The notes below the pieces were generated by a model, which did not search any database, was not told where the DNA came from, and saw only the letters and a list, made by a program, of their open reading frames with translations. Shown here piece after piece: positions 18,092 through 27,719 of a stretch of 64,000 nt of DNA. The stretch is taken from positions 64,001 through 128,000 of IMG/VR virus record IMGVR_UViG_3300045974_000283, one strand, 5' to 3'. Origin of the DNA: a virus. Numbering within the stretch: the stretch's first letter is position 1; each line of letters opens with the position of its first letter. The position numbers were made by a program, and so were the translations under genes.

Positions 18092-18611
18092 TTTTCGATC
18101 CAGTCTGCAAGGAGAAGTCGACGAGCTTGAACAGAGCCTGTTCGTCAGGAGTCAGGTTGACCAGTCCAGCAATGAAGTTCACGGCGCGTATCCGCAAGGC
18201 CAGAGCAGACAGCCCGCTGAGCAGCGAGGACACGCGGGAAACATCCGGCGGCTCCTCGGTCACTTGCTTGATGACGTCGGCCGCATCGAGAATGCCGTCC
18301 TGCACCGAAGCCAGAAGCGGCAAAGCCTCGGTGAGAACGAATTCTCGTACCGAGGCCATGCGGGGTGACAGAAGCTGAGGCAGTTCTGCCTTGAATTTTG
18401 TTGCGCGATCGATAAGGTACTGATTGGCGGGTATGACCGTCTTCTTCATCGTGGAAGCCGCGATCAGGCTTTCCAGCGTCCGCTTGTTGGCGGCAGTCCA
18501 CCGCTTAGGAAGAGGGTTGACGACAGGTTCCTCAAGGGGGTTGAAGTCTTGAGGAGTGGGGACGGGGCCGTTGGGATGTCCCTTGAGTTTGCGGGGTTTT
18601 CGGGTAGCCAT
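17892..18611 (-). CDS. Hypothetical protein upstream of and overlapping terL
   Basis: 239-aa ORF coupled to the dnaB stop (overlap at 18611). Helical content. Confidence 0.65.
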   Translation of the reverse strand: MATRKPRKLKGHPNGPVPTPQDFNPLEEPVVNPLPKRWTAANKRTLESLIAASTMKKTVIPANQYLIDRATKFKAELPQLLSPRMASVREFVLTEALPLLASVQDGILDAADVIKQVTEEPPDVSRVSSLLSGLSALALRIRAVNFIAGLVNLTPDEQALFKLVDFSLQTGSKNGSNDLQTIMREMQSISKLQRPAQNNPKVRVRPLPAPEGRSNVDNGLPSRAPRSRRRTGIDYQVIP

Positions 18612-19972
18612 CAGGCGACCTCCAGTTCTGGGATGTTTGCGCCGGGAACCTTCTTGACCTTCTTGCCACCGAAGGCAGCTTGAGGAGCTTTTGATTGCGC
18701 GATGGCAGCGGCCTCAGCGGGTTCAAGGTCGCGGACGGTGGACGTAGCTTTGTCGATCTTGAGCGTGAAGCGGAACTGTTGTTGATTCCGGCCCTTGAGC
18801 ATGTCCATATCGACGTAGCCCTTTTCGTGGGACTCTTGCGTGGCAACGAAGCTGAAGGCCAGTGTCGCGTGTTCCTTGACGGTCTGCGAATATCGCAATC
18901 GACCGTCTTCGCCGACCTGTGCTGCAAGAACGACAGCCTTGTTGTGATTACCTGCGTAGACCTTGCCCTGACGGGCGATGCGCCCGAGTTGCTTCCACTG
19001 ATCGTCACCGTCAGCGCCAGCGAGCAGACCGATGTAGTCGATGTAGATGGCATCAGCACCGTAGGAGTGGACAGCTGCAAAGACTTCCTGGATGGTGACA
19101 TCGGACGAGGGCACGTATATGGTCAACCGACCACCGCGCGCCTCGACCATCTTCTGGAAGCGTCGGTATCGCCGGTAGATGAGAGCCTTCTCATCCTCGG
19201 TCAGCTTCTTCAGGTTGATGCGTAGGCTGTCAACGCCTGATGCGTTCGCGAGATAGCGCACCAGAGATTCGTTGCGCGACATCTCAAGCGGGACGATGAC
19301 CACCTTGTATCCAGCGCCCGCTTGCGTCTTGGACAGTTGAGTGACCATGTGAGACTTGCCCGCACCGGACGAGCCACCGATGATGGTCAGGCCACCGCGA
19401 GGCAGACCGCCGTTCCGTTCGTCGAAGATGTTCCACCCCGTAGGTATGAACTGGTCTTGATCCTCGCCGTACAGAATATCCTTGATGATGTCGTCAGCGT
19501 TGCCGTCTTTGCCTAGGTGCGTCAGCTGGTCCCGAAGCGACTTGCTGACCTGCATGGCTGCGATGCGGTCTTGCGACATGGCAAGAATTGACTGAAGGTC
19601 GATCTTGTCCCGCTGGAGCATCGACATGCCATCTGTGCAGAGGCTGTAGAAGATGCGAGTGCTCCGTAGGGTGCCAAGGCGCGACACGAGCTCTGCGAGC
19701 TGAGCCGGGTTGCGTGGAGCGGCGTCAGCTTCGGCCAGCATCTGTCTGGTGTTGACTGGGAGATCACGCGACTCGCATAGGTACTCAAAGGTCGGTGGCC
19801 GTCCTTTGTTCTCCACGAAACTCGTGATCGACGCGTAGGCTTCAAGGCACTCCTCGCCGTGGAAGTGCGACTGATCGAGTTGGCTGAGCAGGGAACCACT
19901 GAGCTTCGGGTTCGTCGAGCACATGCCACGGAGGGCGCGTAGCTGCAAAGGGGTGGAATAGAGTTTTGCCAT
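18611..19972 (-). CDS. dnaB: DnaB-like replicative (SF4) helicase
   Basis: GGLPRGGLTIIGGSSGAGKS (Walker A), VPLEMS, IYIDYIGLL (Walker B), VVLAAQV, KGRN arginine finger, and a DnaB-like N-terminal segment. Confidence 0.85.
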   Translation of the reverse strand: MAKLYSTPLQLRALRGMCSTNPKLSGSLLSQLDQSHFHGEECLEAYASITSFVENKGRPPTFEYLCESRDLPVNTRQMLAEADAAPRNPAQLAELVSRLGTLRSTRIFYSLCTDGMSMLQRDKIDLQSILAMSQDRIAAMQVSKSLRDQLTHLGKDGNADDIIKDILYGEDQDQFIPTGWNIFDERNGGLPRGGLTIIGGSSGAGKSHMVTQLSKTQAGAGYKVVIVPLEMSRNESLVRYLANASGVDSLRINLKKLTEDEKALIYRRYRRFQKMVEARGGRLTIYVPSSDVTIQEVFAAVHSYGADAIYIDYIGLLAGADGDDQWKQLGRIARQGKVYAGNHNKAVVLAAQVGEDGRLRYSQTVKEHATLAFSFVATQESHEKGYVDMDMLKGRNQQQFRFTLKIDKATSTVRDLEPAEAAAIAQSKAPQAAFGGKKVKKVPGANIPELEVA

Positions 19973-19975
19973 CTG

Positions 19976-20335
19976 TCACTTTGCCGGAATCAATGTCACG
20001 CGACCCTGAGGCGCGTATATCTTCTGCTTGCCGTCGTCGATCAGGTAGAAGTGTCCGAACACGAGGGGCGGCGGTGCGTCGAGCACGACGTCGAAGACGC
20101 TGACGCGCTGCGTGTAGGTTATCTCGAAGCTGCCCTCCTCGTCCTTGATGATCGAGTTGACGTCCGCCATGTGGATGTTCAGGTCATCGTCTTGGCCCCA
20201 ATGATCGTTGAGTTGCGGCGTCACGCATATCGTGCGGGCCTTCTCATCGAAGGTCACTGCCTTGGCCTGAATGACGATCGACTTGTAGACAGTCTGAAAG
20301 GCGCGGGTCTTCTGGGGTTTGGGAAGTTTGCTCAT
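19976..20335 (-). CDS. Hypothetical protein, 119 aa
   Basis: Co-oriented ORF with typical codon usage. GTTAAT motif just upstream. Confidence 0.65.
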   Translation of the reverse strand: MSKLPKPQKTRAFQTVYKSIVIQAKAVTFDEKARTICVTPQLNDHWGQDDDLNIHMADVNSIIKDEEGSFEITYTQRVSVFDVVLDAPPPLVFGHFYLIDDGKQKIYAPQGRVTLIPAK

Positions 20336-20482
20336 GTGAACATTAACCGGGCTGCGATGGTTTGCAACGGTACTCGCGGTGAAAGCCGAAGAGGGCCAGC
20401 GAGAACCACTGACCGCATCCGGGGCATGTACGCTGAGGCATCTGCAACTCAGCGTCTGGGCGCTTTCTGCGGGGCTTCATGT

Positions 20483-21196
20483 TCAGCGCGCCGACAACGC
20501 GGACCGGGAGAAGTAGATCTTCGACGGTTTCATCAAGAGCTTGCCCATACAGAAGGTGATCGGGTCCTCGCCCGAAGCCACGACGACACGCGGAACACCT
20601 TCGTAGGTGTCGAGCAGGTCGCGAACGTGCTCCAGCCGATACGGCGACATCGTCGCGTAGACACCGGTGAGCACGAGCATCGAGGCTGGCGTATCATTCT
20701 CGATCATCGAGGCGGTGATGGCTCGGTTCTTCAAGTGGTGCCACAGGACGCGGGCATTCGGGTTCCGCTTCAGGTGCTGCACCACGAGGTAGACCGCAAA
20801 ATACCGGGATTCGAGGTCGTCAAACTCGCCGGACACGAAGTAGAGCTGAGGGCTGACCGGGTCCTCGATGAAGTTCTTCAGCCCGGCTGTCTGAGAGCCA
20901 TCACTGATGAGCATCTGCTTGAACTGAGGCAGCTTGGCATCGTCACCCGCACGGCCGATCTCGAAAGGCTGAGGGTTGAACTTGAAGGCAGGGTGGCGGC
21001 GAACAGCGCCGGGTATTGCAACCCCACGAGAGTCGATCAGGTTCCAGTCCTTCGTGGTTATCTCGATCTTCAGGGTATCGTCTTCATCATCGTCGACCAC
21101 GATGCGTCGACCGCGACGACCGGCCTTGGGCTCGGCTTCAGCGTTGTCGTCAGCTTCGCGCGTGTGCCGAGTTTCGGTGGCTTCTTCTTGGCTCAT
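20483..21196 (-). CDS. Degenerate DnaC/IstB-like P-loop protein (putative helicase loader)
   Basis: Layout LYFVSG....SRYFA / MLVLTGV / DLLDTY...PRVVVAS parallels DnaC/IstB, but Walker A GKT and Walker B DD are missing. Close to dnaB. Confidence 0.45.
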   Translation of the reverse strand: MSQEEATETRHTREADDNAEAEPKAGRRGRRIVVDDDEDDTLKIEITTKDWNLIDSRGVAIPGAVRRHPAFKFNPQPFEIGRAGDDAKLPQFKQMLISDGSQTAGLKNFIEDPVSPQLYFVSGEFDDLESRYFAVYLVVQHLKRNPNARVLWHHLKNRAITASMIENDTPASMLVLTGVYATMSPYRLEHVRDLLDTYEGVPRVVVASGEDPITFCMGKLLMKPSKIYFSRSALSAR

Positions 21197-22758
21197 AGTT
21201 CTACTCGTTTTCCTCGAAGGGTTGAATCATCAGTCGGGTCTTTGCCTCCGAGCCATGACATGAACGTGGCTCGGGTCTTGGCGGTCATACGAGGGTTGAA
21301 TTGTTTGAACACGACTTGCCAGTATTCCTTCCGTCGCATGGCGCGCATGACCGTGGACTGGTCAAGGACGTAGACGATCTTGGGCATCGGCTTGCCCTCC
21401 ATCGGCGTCAGGATGCGGGCCGTGCGCTGTTGACAGTTGACGTCGTTGGCGGACGCTGCACACTCGATCAGGCAAGAAGCACGGGGGATGTTCAAGCCCG
21501 TGCTGAGTAGCTTCGTGTTGCCGATCAGAGCCTTGATCTTGCCCGATCTTGTATCCTGTATGGTTTGCTTCCGCAGCTTCTTGTTGATGCCGCCATAGAA
21601 CGGAGCCGCGACGTGAGCTTCCATGCGCTCGTTGATGAGACGCACGAGCGTGAGGGTTGCCTTGGTGCGCAGGAACGGGCAGAGCACTGTGTAGCCTGCT
21701 TCGATCTCCTGCACGATCCGGTCGGCGATCATCGCGGTCCGCTTCTTGTGGTACTCGATGCGATTGACGAAGGAGGTAAAAGTGCTCTGCCCTATCTCCA
21801 TCTCGATGCCCGTCACCAAGACCTCTACTTTCGGTTGGAGCTGAGGGACCTCGGCTGCGTAGAGCACCGGGCCGATGAGGTCCTCGATGATGGCGTAGAG
21901 GCCCTCTTGCTTTCGTGCGGGCGTACCCGTCAGACCGATGGAGTAAGTCGAGTTGAACCGCGATATGACGCGGGACGACTGCAAGGCCGGGAGCAGGTGG
22001 ATCTCGTCGGCAATCACCAGCGGGAACAGATTGCGGATGCGCTCCAGCAGGATGCGGCCGCTTGGGTTCATGAACTTCTGCACCGTGGACAGGCAGATGT
22101 CCGTGTCCCGGAAGTCTTCGAAGTTCTTGCAGATCTTGATCTGATGCGGCTTGGCGTTCGTGCAAGCCTCAGCCGTCTCGGAGCCGATATAGGTCTCAAT
22201 GAACTGCTCAAGCCAGTCGGTCTGCGCAGCCAAGATCAGCGTCTTGCAGCCGAGCTGGATGGTGAGGGCCGTAGCCCAGAGCGTCTTACCCGAACGCGGC
22301 GGAGCCTTGATGACACCGCGCTTCTTGGCAATGGCAATCGGGAGGGCTTCTTGCTGCCAGTCGTACAGGGTGATGCGAGGCAGCATCCGTATGGGACGCG
22401 ACAGCGGATGGTCTTCGACGGCGGGCGTCTTGTAGACCATCTCGGTCTCGCAGCGCAGCGACCGGATGAACTCCCGGAGCTTGAGGGCGTTGCCCTTGGG
22501 CAGCGACAGCATGACGGAACGATTCTTGCCGACCTCGACCAGCTTGGCGAGCTGCCGCTTGCCGTGGAAGGAAGCGCAGTTCTCACAGGTCTCGTTGTGA
22601 CGCTCGTGGCGGTTGTCGCACTTCTTGCACGACGCCTCGTCGTAGAGCATGTGGGAGAACATCTCCCGCGCCAGCGTAATGTCGTCGTCCGAGAGGAACC
22701 GTTCGGGGATAAGATATCCTGCCTCGCGGTAGATCTTGATGACTTTCTGTTCGGCCAT
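21193..22758 (-). CDS. SF2 (DEAD/DEAH, UvsW-like) helicase with N-terminal Cys cluster
   Basis: Q-motif LYDWQ, APPRSGKT, IADEIH, GLTGTP, STGLNIP, QRTARI. CKKC...CENC. Confidence 0.9.
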   Translation of the reverse strand: MAEQKVIKIYREAGYLIPERFLSDDDITLAREMFSHMLYDEASCKKCDNRHERHNETCENCASFHGKRQLAKLVEVGKNRSVMLSLPKGNALKLREFIRSLRCETEMVYKTPAVEDHPLSRPIRMLPRITLYDWQQEALPIAIAKKRGVIKAPPRSGKTLWATALTIQLGCKTLILAAQTDWLEQFIETYIGSETAEACTNAKPHQIKICKNFEDFRDTDICLSTVQKFMNPSGRILLERIRNLFPLVIADEIHLLPALQSSRVISRFNSTYSIGLTGTPARKQEGLYAIIEDLIGPVLYAAEVPQLQPKVEVLVTGIEMEIGQSTFTSFVNRIEYHKKRTAMIADRIVQEIEAGYTVLCPFLRTKATLTLVRLINERMEAHVAAPFYGGINKKLRKQTIQDTRSGKIKALIGNTKLLSTGLNIPRASCLIECAASANDVNCQQRTARILTPMEGKPMPKIVYVLDQSTVMRAMRRKEYWQVVFKQFNPRMTAKTRATFMSWLGGKDPTDDSTLRGKRVEL

Positions 22759-23300
22759 TAGACCACCTGATTCGGACGGGTGAGCAACTTCTGAAGGACG
22801 TTAACTGAGTTCGTCAGGTTGTATCCGGCCTTGTCGATGTCTTCGATGTAGACATCCAGAATCTCGATGAACTGCTGAAGCTCGCTGGCCGTGCGGGAAG
22901 GCTTCGCCAGGATGGCCTCAACCAGACGGTCGCGGTCGCGCTGCGTACCCGCGAGGTCGTTCAAATCCTCAGCGTACTTGACACTGAGGTAGGATTTGGT
23001 TTCCTTGACGGACTGCACCAGAGGCAGGTGCTCGTTCATTGCAGCGACTCGCAGCTCCACCAAACGCGAGCGAACGCGCAGGTCGTTGGCAATCGCTTCG
23101 TACAGTGGCGTAGGCTGCAAGGCGATGCGGTAGAGATTGCGGGAGGGCCGACCCGCGTGTAGTGCGGCCGCTTCTTGGCCCATGCGCTTGAAGTTGATGG
23201 TGGACTGGATGGTTTCCACCACCCCGAACAACGTGTTGATGACCTCGTCCTCGTTGAGGAGGCGCTTGAACGCCTTCAGGCCCGGTGCGCTCGTTGCCAT
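22758..23300 (-). CDS. Hypothetical helical protein, 180 aa
   Basis: Coupled to the helicase start. Coiled-coil-like. Confidence 0.7.
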   Translation of the reverse strand: MATSAPGLKAFKRLLNEDEVINTLFGVVETIQSTINFKRMGQEAAALHAGRPSRNLYRIALQPTPLYEAIANDLRVRSRLVELRVAAMNEHLPLVQSVKETKSYLSVKYAEDLNDLAGTQRDRDRLVEAILAKPSRTASELQQFIEILDVYIEDIDKAGYNLTNSVNVLQKLLTRPNQVV

Positions 23301-23301
23301 G

Positions 23302-23649
23302 TCATTTACTCAGGTGGTCGCGGAGTGCCTTCTTCTCGTGCTCACGGCCGAGATCGAACCCGGCCTTCATGGCCTGCTCCAGTGCGAGAGCGATTTCAGA
23401 CGCAGCAGGCTTCCCTGCTTGGGCACTGAAATCGAATCGGGCGACGGTCTGGGCGTCTTCGTTCCGAATGATCAGTTCCGTGACATCGAATTCCTGGCGC
23501 ATCATTCCGATGAGGCGGCGCTCACTGAGCGGGAACGGTGAGTGAAATTTGGTCAGGTCAAGCGGGCCCTCCACTAATGGGTGCTGGGACTTGAGTGCCG
23601 TGGGTGTTGGGTTGCGCTTGGATTCCAAGGGATGATTGTCGGAAGGCAT
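23302..23649 (-). CDS. Hypothetical protein, about 115 aa
   Basis: Start moved to MPSDNHP with GGAG RBS. The longer ORF overlaps the upstream gene. Confidence 0.65.
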   Translation of the reverse strand: MPSDNHPLESKRNPTPTALKSQHPLVEGPLDLTKFHSPFPLSERRLIGMMRQEFDVTELIIRNEDAQTVARFDFSAQAGKPAASEIALALEQAMKAGFDLGREHEKKALRDHLSK

Positions 23650-23657
23650 AAGAGCTC

Positions 23658-24173
23658 CTAAATGCAAGTGAGGACGTTGAACATGCGCTCGCCAAGGCGG
23701 GTGACCGCGATGGACGTGAGCATGGACGGGATGTGATGGACGACCAGATGCTGACTGCGGAACATCATCTGCGGTTTCATGTGCGGCACCTGATTGACGA
23801 TGGTATCCGAGCGCAGCCGCTTCAGGTCGAGTTGCGAAGCCCTCAGCTTGTTGACCGAGTAGAGCAGCGTCGGCAGGCACTCGAAGCCACGGATAGGCCG
23901 GAAGACGTACAGCTTCGGCAGCGCGTCGACGACGTCTTGCTTCTTCTTGGCGAGGAACGGCTTCGAGCCTTTCGGCAGCGCTTGGTAGATCTCGAAGTTC
24001 GGGGCGACATCACGCATCGCGCCGTACTCGTGAAGCTCGTACTCGCCGAGGGCCGGGGCCTCGTTCGGAGCGAACAGGACCGCTCGCTGTTCCGAGGGCA
24101 GCTCCGTCTGCACGAAGATGCCCGTAGGCATCTGCGCCAACAGGTTGAAGGGTTTGACGGAAGGGTCAGTCAT
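23658..24173 (-). CDS. Hypothetical protein, 171 aa
   Basis: In-operon ORF, typical codon usage. Confidence 0.65.
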   Translation of the reverse strand: MTDPSVKPFNLLAQMPTGIFVQTELPSEQRAVLFAPNEAPALGEYELHEYGAMRDVAPNFEIYQALPKGSKPFLAKKKQDVVDALPKLYVFRPIRGFECLPTLLYSVNKLRASQLDLKRLRSDTIVNQVPHMKPQMMFRSQHLVVHHIPSMLTSIAVTRLGERMFNVLTCI

Positions 24174-25338
24174 CGGACTCTTCCGTGTCTACGGTGTCAC
24201 CGGTCATGTCGGCCTGAAGCAGAGCGATGTAGCCGATAGCTCCCGATATACGAAGCGTTGAGAAGTCGTTGATGACATCAAACACCAGATGCGGGGCCGT
24301 CGCTTTGGACGTTGTCTGCTTGGCGACAGCGGTCGAGAGGAAAGTAAAGTCAATTGAGAACTCCTTGGCGTTGCCCGTCTTGGGCAGCATGAGGGAAGTG
24401 GAACCCGAGTTGGACTCGACGGTGAGCCGGGTAGACTCCTTGGGGCCGGGCTTGAAGCGAGCTGAGGCACCCTCAGAGGCCAGCGAGCGGCTATTCTCCA
24501 TGAACGCCTTGATGGTCTCGAAGCTGACCGACAGACTGTGCTCGGGCTTCGCCGCTGCGGACTCGCGAAGCATGGAGAAGACGTCGTCGGCGGACAGCGC
24601 CTCGCTCAGCATCGGCAGGGTTTTCCGGAGGCGGAATTTCTCAGCGGTGGCAACGAAGAACTCACCATCGACGTAGCACTTCGCGTTCGCCTCGGGAAGC
24701 CCCTTGACCAGAGAGAGGAACTCCATGTAAGGAAGTTCCAAGCGAACGGTCGGTAGAGGCGGCTCGCTTGCCTCACCTTTGGACTGGTGCTCCCGCTTGT
24801 AGCAGAGCTGGAGGCGGTCGAAGCAAGCCACGAACCGCGAGGTCGATGTGATGTCGACAAGAAGCTGAGGGTCGGACAGAGTTGAGTGCAGCTTGGTGAC
24901 GCTGACCATCGGTATGACCGTCTGGAGCCACTTCTGCAGAGGCGCTGTCAGGGTGAACGCCTTGACGTCTTCGCCTTCCGGCTTGAGAATCTTGGCTGGA
25001 GGTTCCGCCTCTGCGACGGGCATCGTAGCCGTGTAGCTGCCGGAACGAATCTTCAGCTGTTGCTCGCTGAGGCTTAGGGTGCCGGACTTGCGGCCCTTGA
25101 TGGCGGACTGCAAGGAAGACACGGCCACGGATACGGCGGAGTCGCCGTCGAGTCCTAGGTTGATGCCGTCCAGAACACACGACACCTCCGCGCCGGGTAC
25201 GACGGCTGAGAGCAGAGTGCGGTCGCCGTGGGCGGAGAAGATGACCTTCTCAACGGAGCCGCAAACGGCGATGATGATCTTCAAGGAGATCTCCAGAGAG
25301 GAGATATCGCTTGGTGGCTCGGGAGTTTTCTTGTTCAT
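24166..25338 (-). CDS. Putative DNA sliding clamp (Pol III beta-like), 390 aa
   Basis: Size and repeated helix/strand pattern resemble the three-domain beta clamp (e.g. SVAVSSLQSAIKG...LSLSEQQLKIRSGSYTATMP). Lies in the replication block. No diagnostic catalytic motif exists, so confidence is moderate. Confidence 0.5.
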   Translation of the reverse strand: MNKKTPEPPSDISSLEISLKIIIAVCGSVEKVIFSAHGDRTLLSAVVPGAEVSCVLDGINLGLDGDSAVSVAVSSLQSAIKGRKSGTLSLSEQQLKIRSGSYTATMPVAEAEPPAKILKPEGEDVKAFTLTAPLQKWLQTVIPMVSVTKLHSTLSDPQLLVDITSTSRFVACFDRLQLCYKREHQSKGEASEPPLPTVRLELPYMEFLSLVKGLPEANAKCYVDGEFFVATAEKFRLRKTLPMLSEALSADDVFSMLRESAAAKPEHSLSVSFETIKAFMENSRSLASEGASARFKPGPKESTRLTVESNSGSTSLMLPKTGNAKEFSIDFTFLSTAVAKQTTSKATAPHLVFDVINDFSTLRISGAIGYIALLQADMTGDTVDTEESDD

Positions 25339-27680
25339 ACGGTTGACCTTCTGGGTGCAGGCGCATTAACAGGGAGTGGCTGATACTTCGCGGGGCGTGA
25401 GCCAGTCTCGGCGCGTAGGGTGTTGACACGTTTCAAGGTCGCGTTGAATTCCTTGACCTGTTCGGAGGACAGTGTGGATTGCTTGGACATCTTCATGAGA
25501 CGTTCACTAAGTCGTTTGATGTCTTTGAACCTTGGGTCGGCGGCGCGTTCAGCGCGGAGCCGTCGCATGCGTTCGGCTGTAGTTTCCCGATTGGAGTCCT
25601 TCTGCCGGAGTTTCCGGTGTTGTTCTACCTCAGCTCTGGCGGCGGCCTTCTTCGCGATCTGTTCAGCTTTCTGAGAACTGGTGAAGTTGGTTTCGTCTCC
25701 GGACTCTCCCATGAAGGCGTTCCATGTGGAAGGCCATACGAATCGAGGTTCGTGTTCCATACCCGGAACTTCTCCTGGATCCCCCATAACGGTGGGTCGG
25801 CCGCCGAAGGCAGTCTTCAGGTGTTCCGCAGTGAAGACATCAGGCACGATGACGATCACTCTGTTTGTCGACCTGATGTCTCGTATGGAGGTGCGAGCCA
25901 CTGATTGGGCGCAGGCCGAGATCAGCATATCTTTGCTGATGTCAAAGGGGACGGCGGACTTCTTGACGTAGGGTATGTGAGCGGTCCTGGAGTTGAAGTA
26001 CTCCTTGATGAAGCTCGCCATCAACGGAGTGGGATTCAACGCCGAAAGGAACGTGATAGCGTTGTAACCCTTGAACTCGTTGAGCCCGTGGCTGTAAGAA
26101 CTGATCTCTTGAAATTTGCTGGATACTGGAGCAAGGTCCATTGTCTCGGCCTCGTAGTATCTCCAGTGAACGCCATCCATCCACGCTTTGCCTTTCTCCT
26201 TGCCTCGGGTCGCAGCTGCGTAACCTTCTTTCGGCTGGTTGAAAACCAGAAGGGACAGCTTATCTGTTTCGCCCGAAGTCTTTAGTCGCCAGTTCTCATC
26301 AGAGATGTTGGTGAAACGGTGGAGGATCTCTCCAGCAGTCTGAATGAACCAGGATAGGGGGCGGGTGTGAAGCTGATCAGGATTCGAAGGCGTCGTGTTC
26401 ACCTGTGTGGTTCTTGCGAGTTCGACAAACTTGTCGAGGTATTGTGTGTATGCCTTCGAAATATTCTTTGGGCGACGCGAGGAATTGGCGAACCCCGTTC
26501 TGGCGTAGGCTTCCAAGTCACCGAGGGTGTTGCGGTCTATCTTGAAGGTCTTTCCACGAGCGATACCCTTGAGCTTGTCGAAGGCCGAGAGACTGATCAA
26601 CACGCCCCGTTCCATTCTGGTGCGGCTCAATGGTTTCTCTTCCTGGGTCAAAGGGATGATATACATTTCATCAAGACGATCCTTCAGACGTTGCGCACGA
26701 GGCGAGCTTTTCATCTGCTGTCGTAGCTCGGGGTCACTACCGTCAAGCAAGTTGACCATGCGAACACGCGAGTCGCGGTTCAGGAGGTAGAACATTTGCG
26801 ACTCTTCGATCCATGCTGAGGCCAGCACGACACGGCGATACCCGAAGAACATATCCATCGGAACGGTGACGTGAACCAAGTCGGACAGTATATCAGGCGT
26901 TGGATTTTGTAAATTGTCTTTACTCATTCTCATGTAGACATGGGCACGGGCCGACCAAGACGCCTCGACCAGTCGGATTAGTGCTGCTCGGCTCAGGCGA
27001 GTGCGGCCTGCTGACTGGAAGCGGATCGACTTGTCCTTAAACATGGCATCGATGCGTTCGGGAGCTTCGTTCAAGGCTCGAACGCGAGCAAACCCCTTGG
27101 CGTCCGGAGCTAGGGCCGGATCTAGAAACTGCGCATCGGTTCCAAAGATATTTACGACCTGCTCGCTGGTCAAGGCGATGTTTGACGGTTCCATGGCGCA
27201 GGCCCGCATCTCGTCGAAGTAGACAGAGACATCCGAGGTCCACTGCTGACCAGATGGAAGGTGAGAAAAGGCTTCGTGGGTGATCAGAACGACCGAGCCC
27301 GGCTTCAAGGCGGGCAAACCCTCCTCGTCGGTTCCAGGCCGGGGCTTGGCTCCAAGCGCAATAGATATCTCACGATTCATCGTGACCTTGCGAAGGGTGT
27401 TCCTGGCCTCGTCGGTGATCGCGTAGATGTAGTCGTCAGCCTCTTGCTCGGTGAACAGACCAGCGGCTGTGGACTTCTCTCTGAGCGAATCGTGAACTTG
27501 ATTCAGCAGTCTGTAGGTTGGAGCGCAGAAGATAGTGACGCGAGTCTTCCTAGCATCTTCGTCTTCGTTGGCGTGATATGCCTCAAGCCAGCGCAGTATG
27601 GAGATCTCGATCCAGTGTGTCTTACCGGAACCGGGTAGAACCGATAGGTAGTGAATGACGGTTTCGGGTAGGCGTTTCAT
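25335..27680 (-). CDS. Large SF2-type P-loop helicase, candidate origin-binding/initiator protein
   Basis: Walker A LPGSGKT, motif Ia FCAPTYRL, ITHEAF, Walker B VYFDE. Basic C-terminal helix TTAERMRRLRAER. Alternative TTG start at 27734. Abuts the AT-rich palindromic region. Confidence 0.65.
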   Translation of the reverse strand: MKRLPETVIHYLSVLPGSGKTHWIEISILRWLEAYHANEDEDARKTRVTIFCAPTYRLLNQVHDSLREKSTAAGLFTEQEADDYIYAITDEARNTLRKVTMNREISIALGAKPRPGTDEEGLPALKPGSVVLITHEAFSHLPSGQQWTSDVSVYFDEMRACAMEPSNIALTSEQVVNIFGTDAQFLDPALAPDAKGFARVRALNEAPERIDAMFKDKSIRFQSAGRTRLSRAALIRLVEASWSARAHVYMRMSKDNLQNPTPDILSDLVHVTVPMDMFFGYRRVVLASAWIEESQMFYLLNRDSRVRMVNLLDGSDPELRQQMKSSPRAQRLKDRLDEMYIIPLTQEEKPLSRTRMERGVLISLSAFDKLKGIARGKTFKIDRNTLGDLEAYARTGFANSSRRPKNISKAYTQYLDKFVELARTTQVNTTPSNPDQLHTRPLSWFIQTAGEILHRFTNISDENWRLKTSGETDKLSLLVFNQPKEGYAAATRGKEKGKAWMDGVHWRYYEAETMDLAPVSSKFQEISSYSHGLNEFKGYNAITFLSALNPTPLMASFIKEYFNSRTAHIPYVKKSAVPFDISKDMLISACAQSVARTSIRDIRSTNRVIVIVPDVFTAEHLKTAFGGRPTVMGDPGEVPGMEHEPRFVWPSTWNAFMGESGDETNFTSSQKAEQIAKKAAARAEVEQHRKLRQKDSNRETTAERMRRLRAERAADPRFKDIKRLSERLMKMSKQSTLSSEQVKEFNATLKRVNTLRAETGSRPAKYQPLPVNAPAPRRSTV

Positions 27681-27719
27681 GGAGGTTTGAGGTTTGTGTT
27701 GCGGCCTATAAACATGGGG

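Noticed and set aside
15890-19972. Inteins in terL or dnaB (common intein hosts)
   Set aside because: Motifs are contiguous at normal spacing. The terL insertion is a short Cys4 Zn finger, not a Hint domain.
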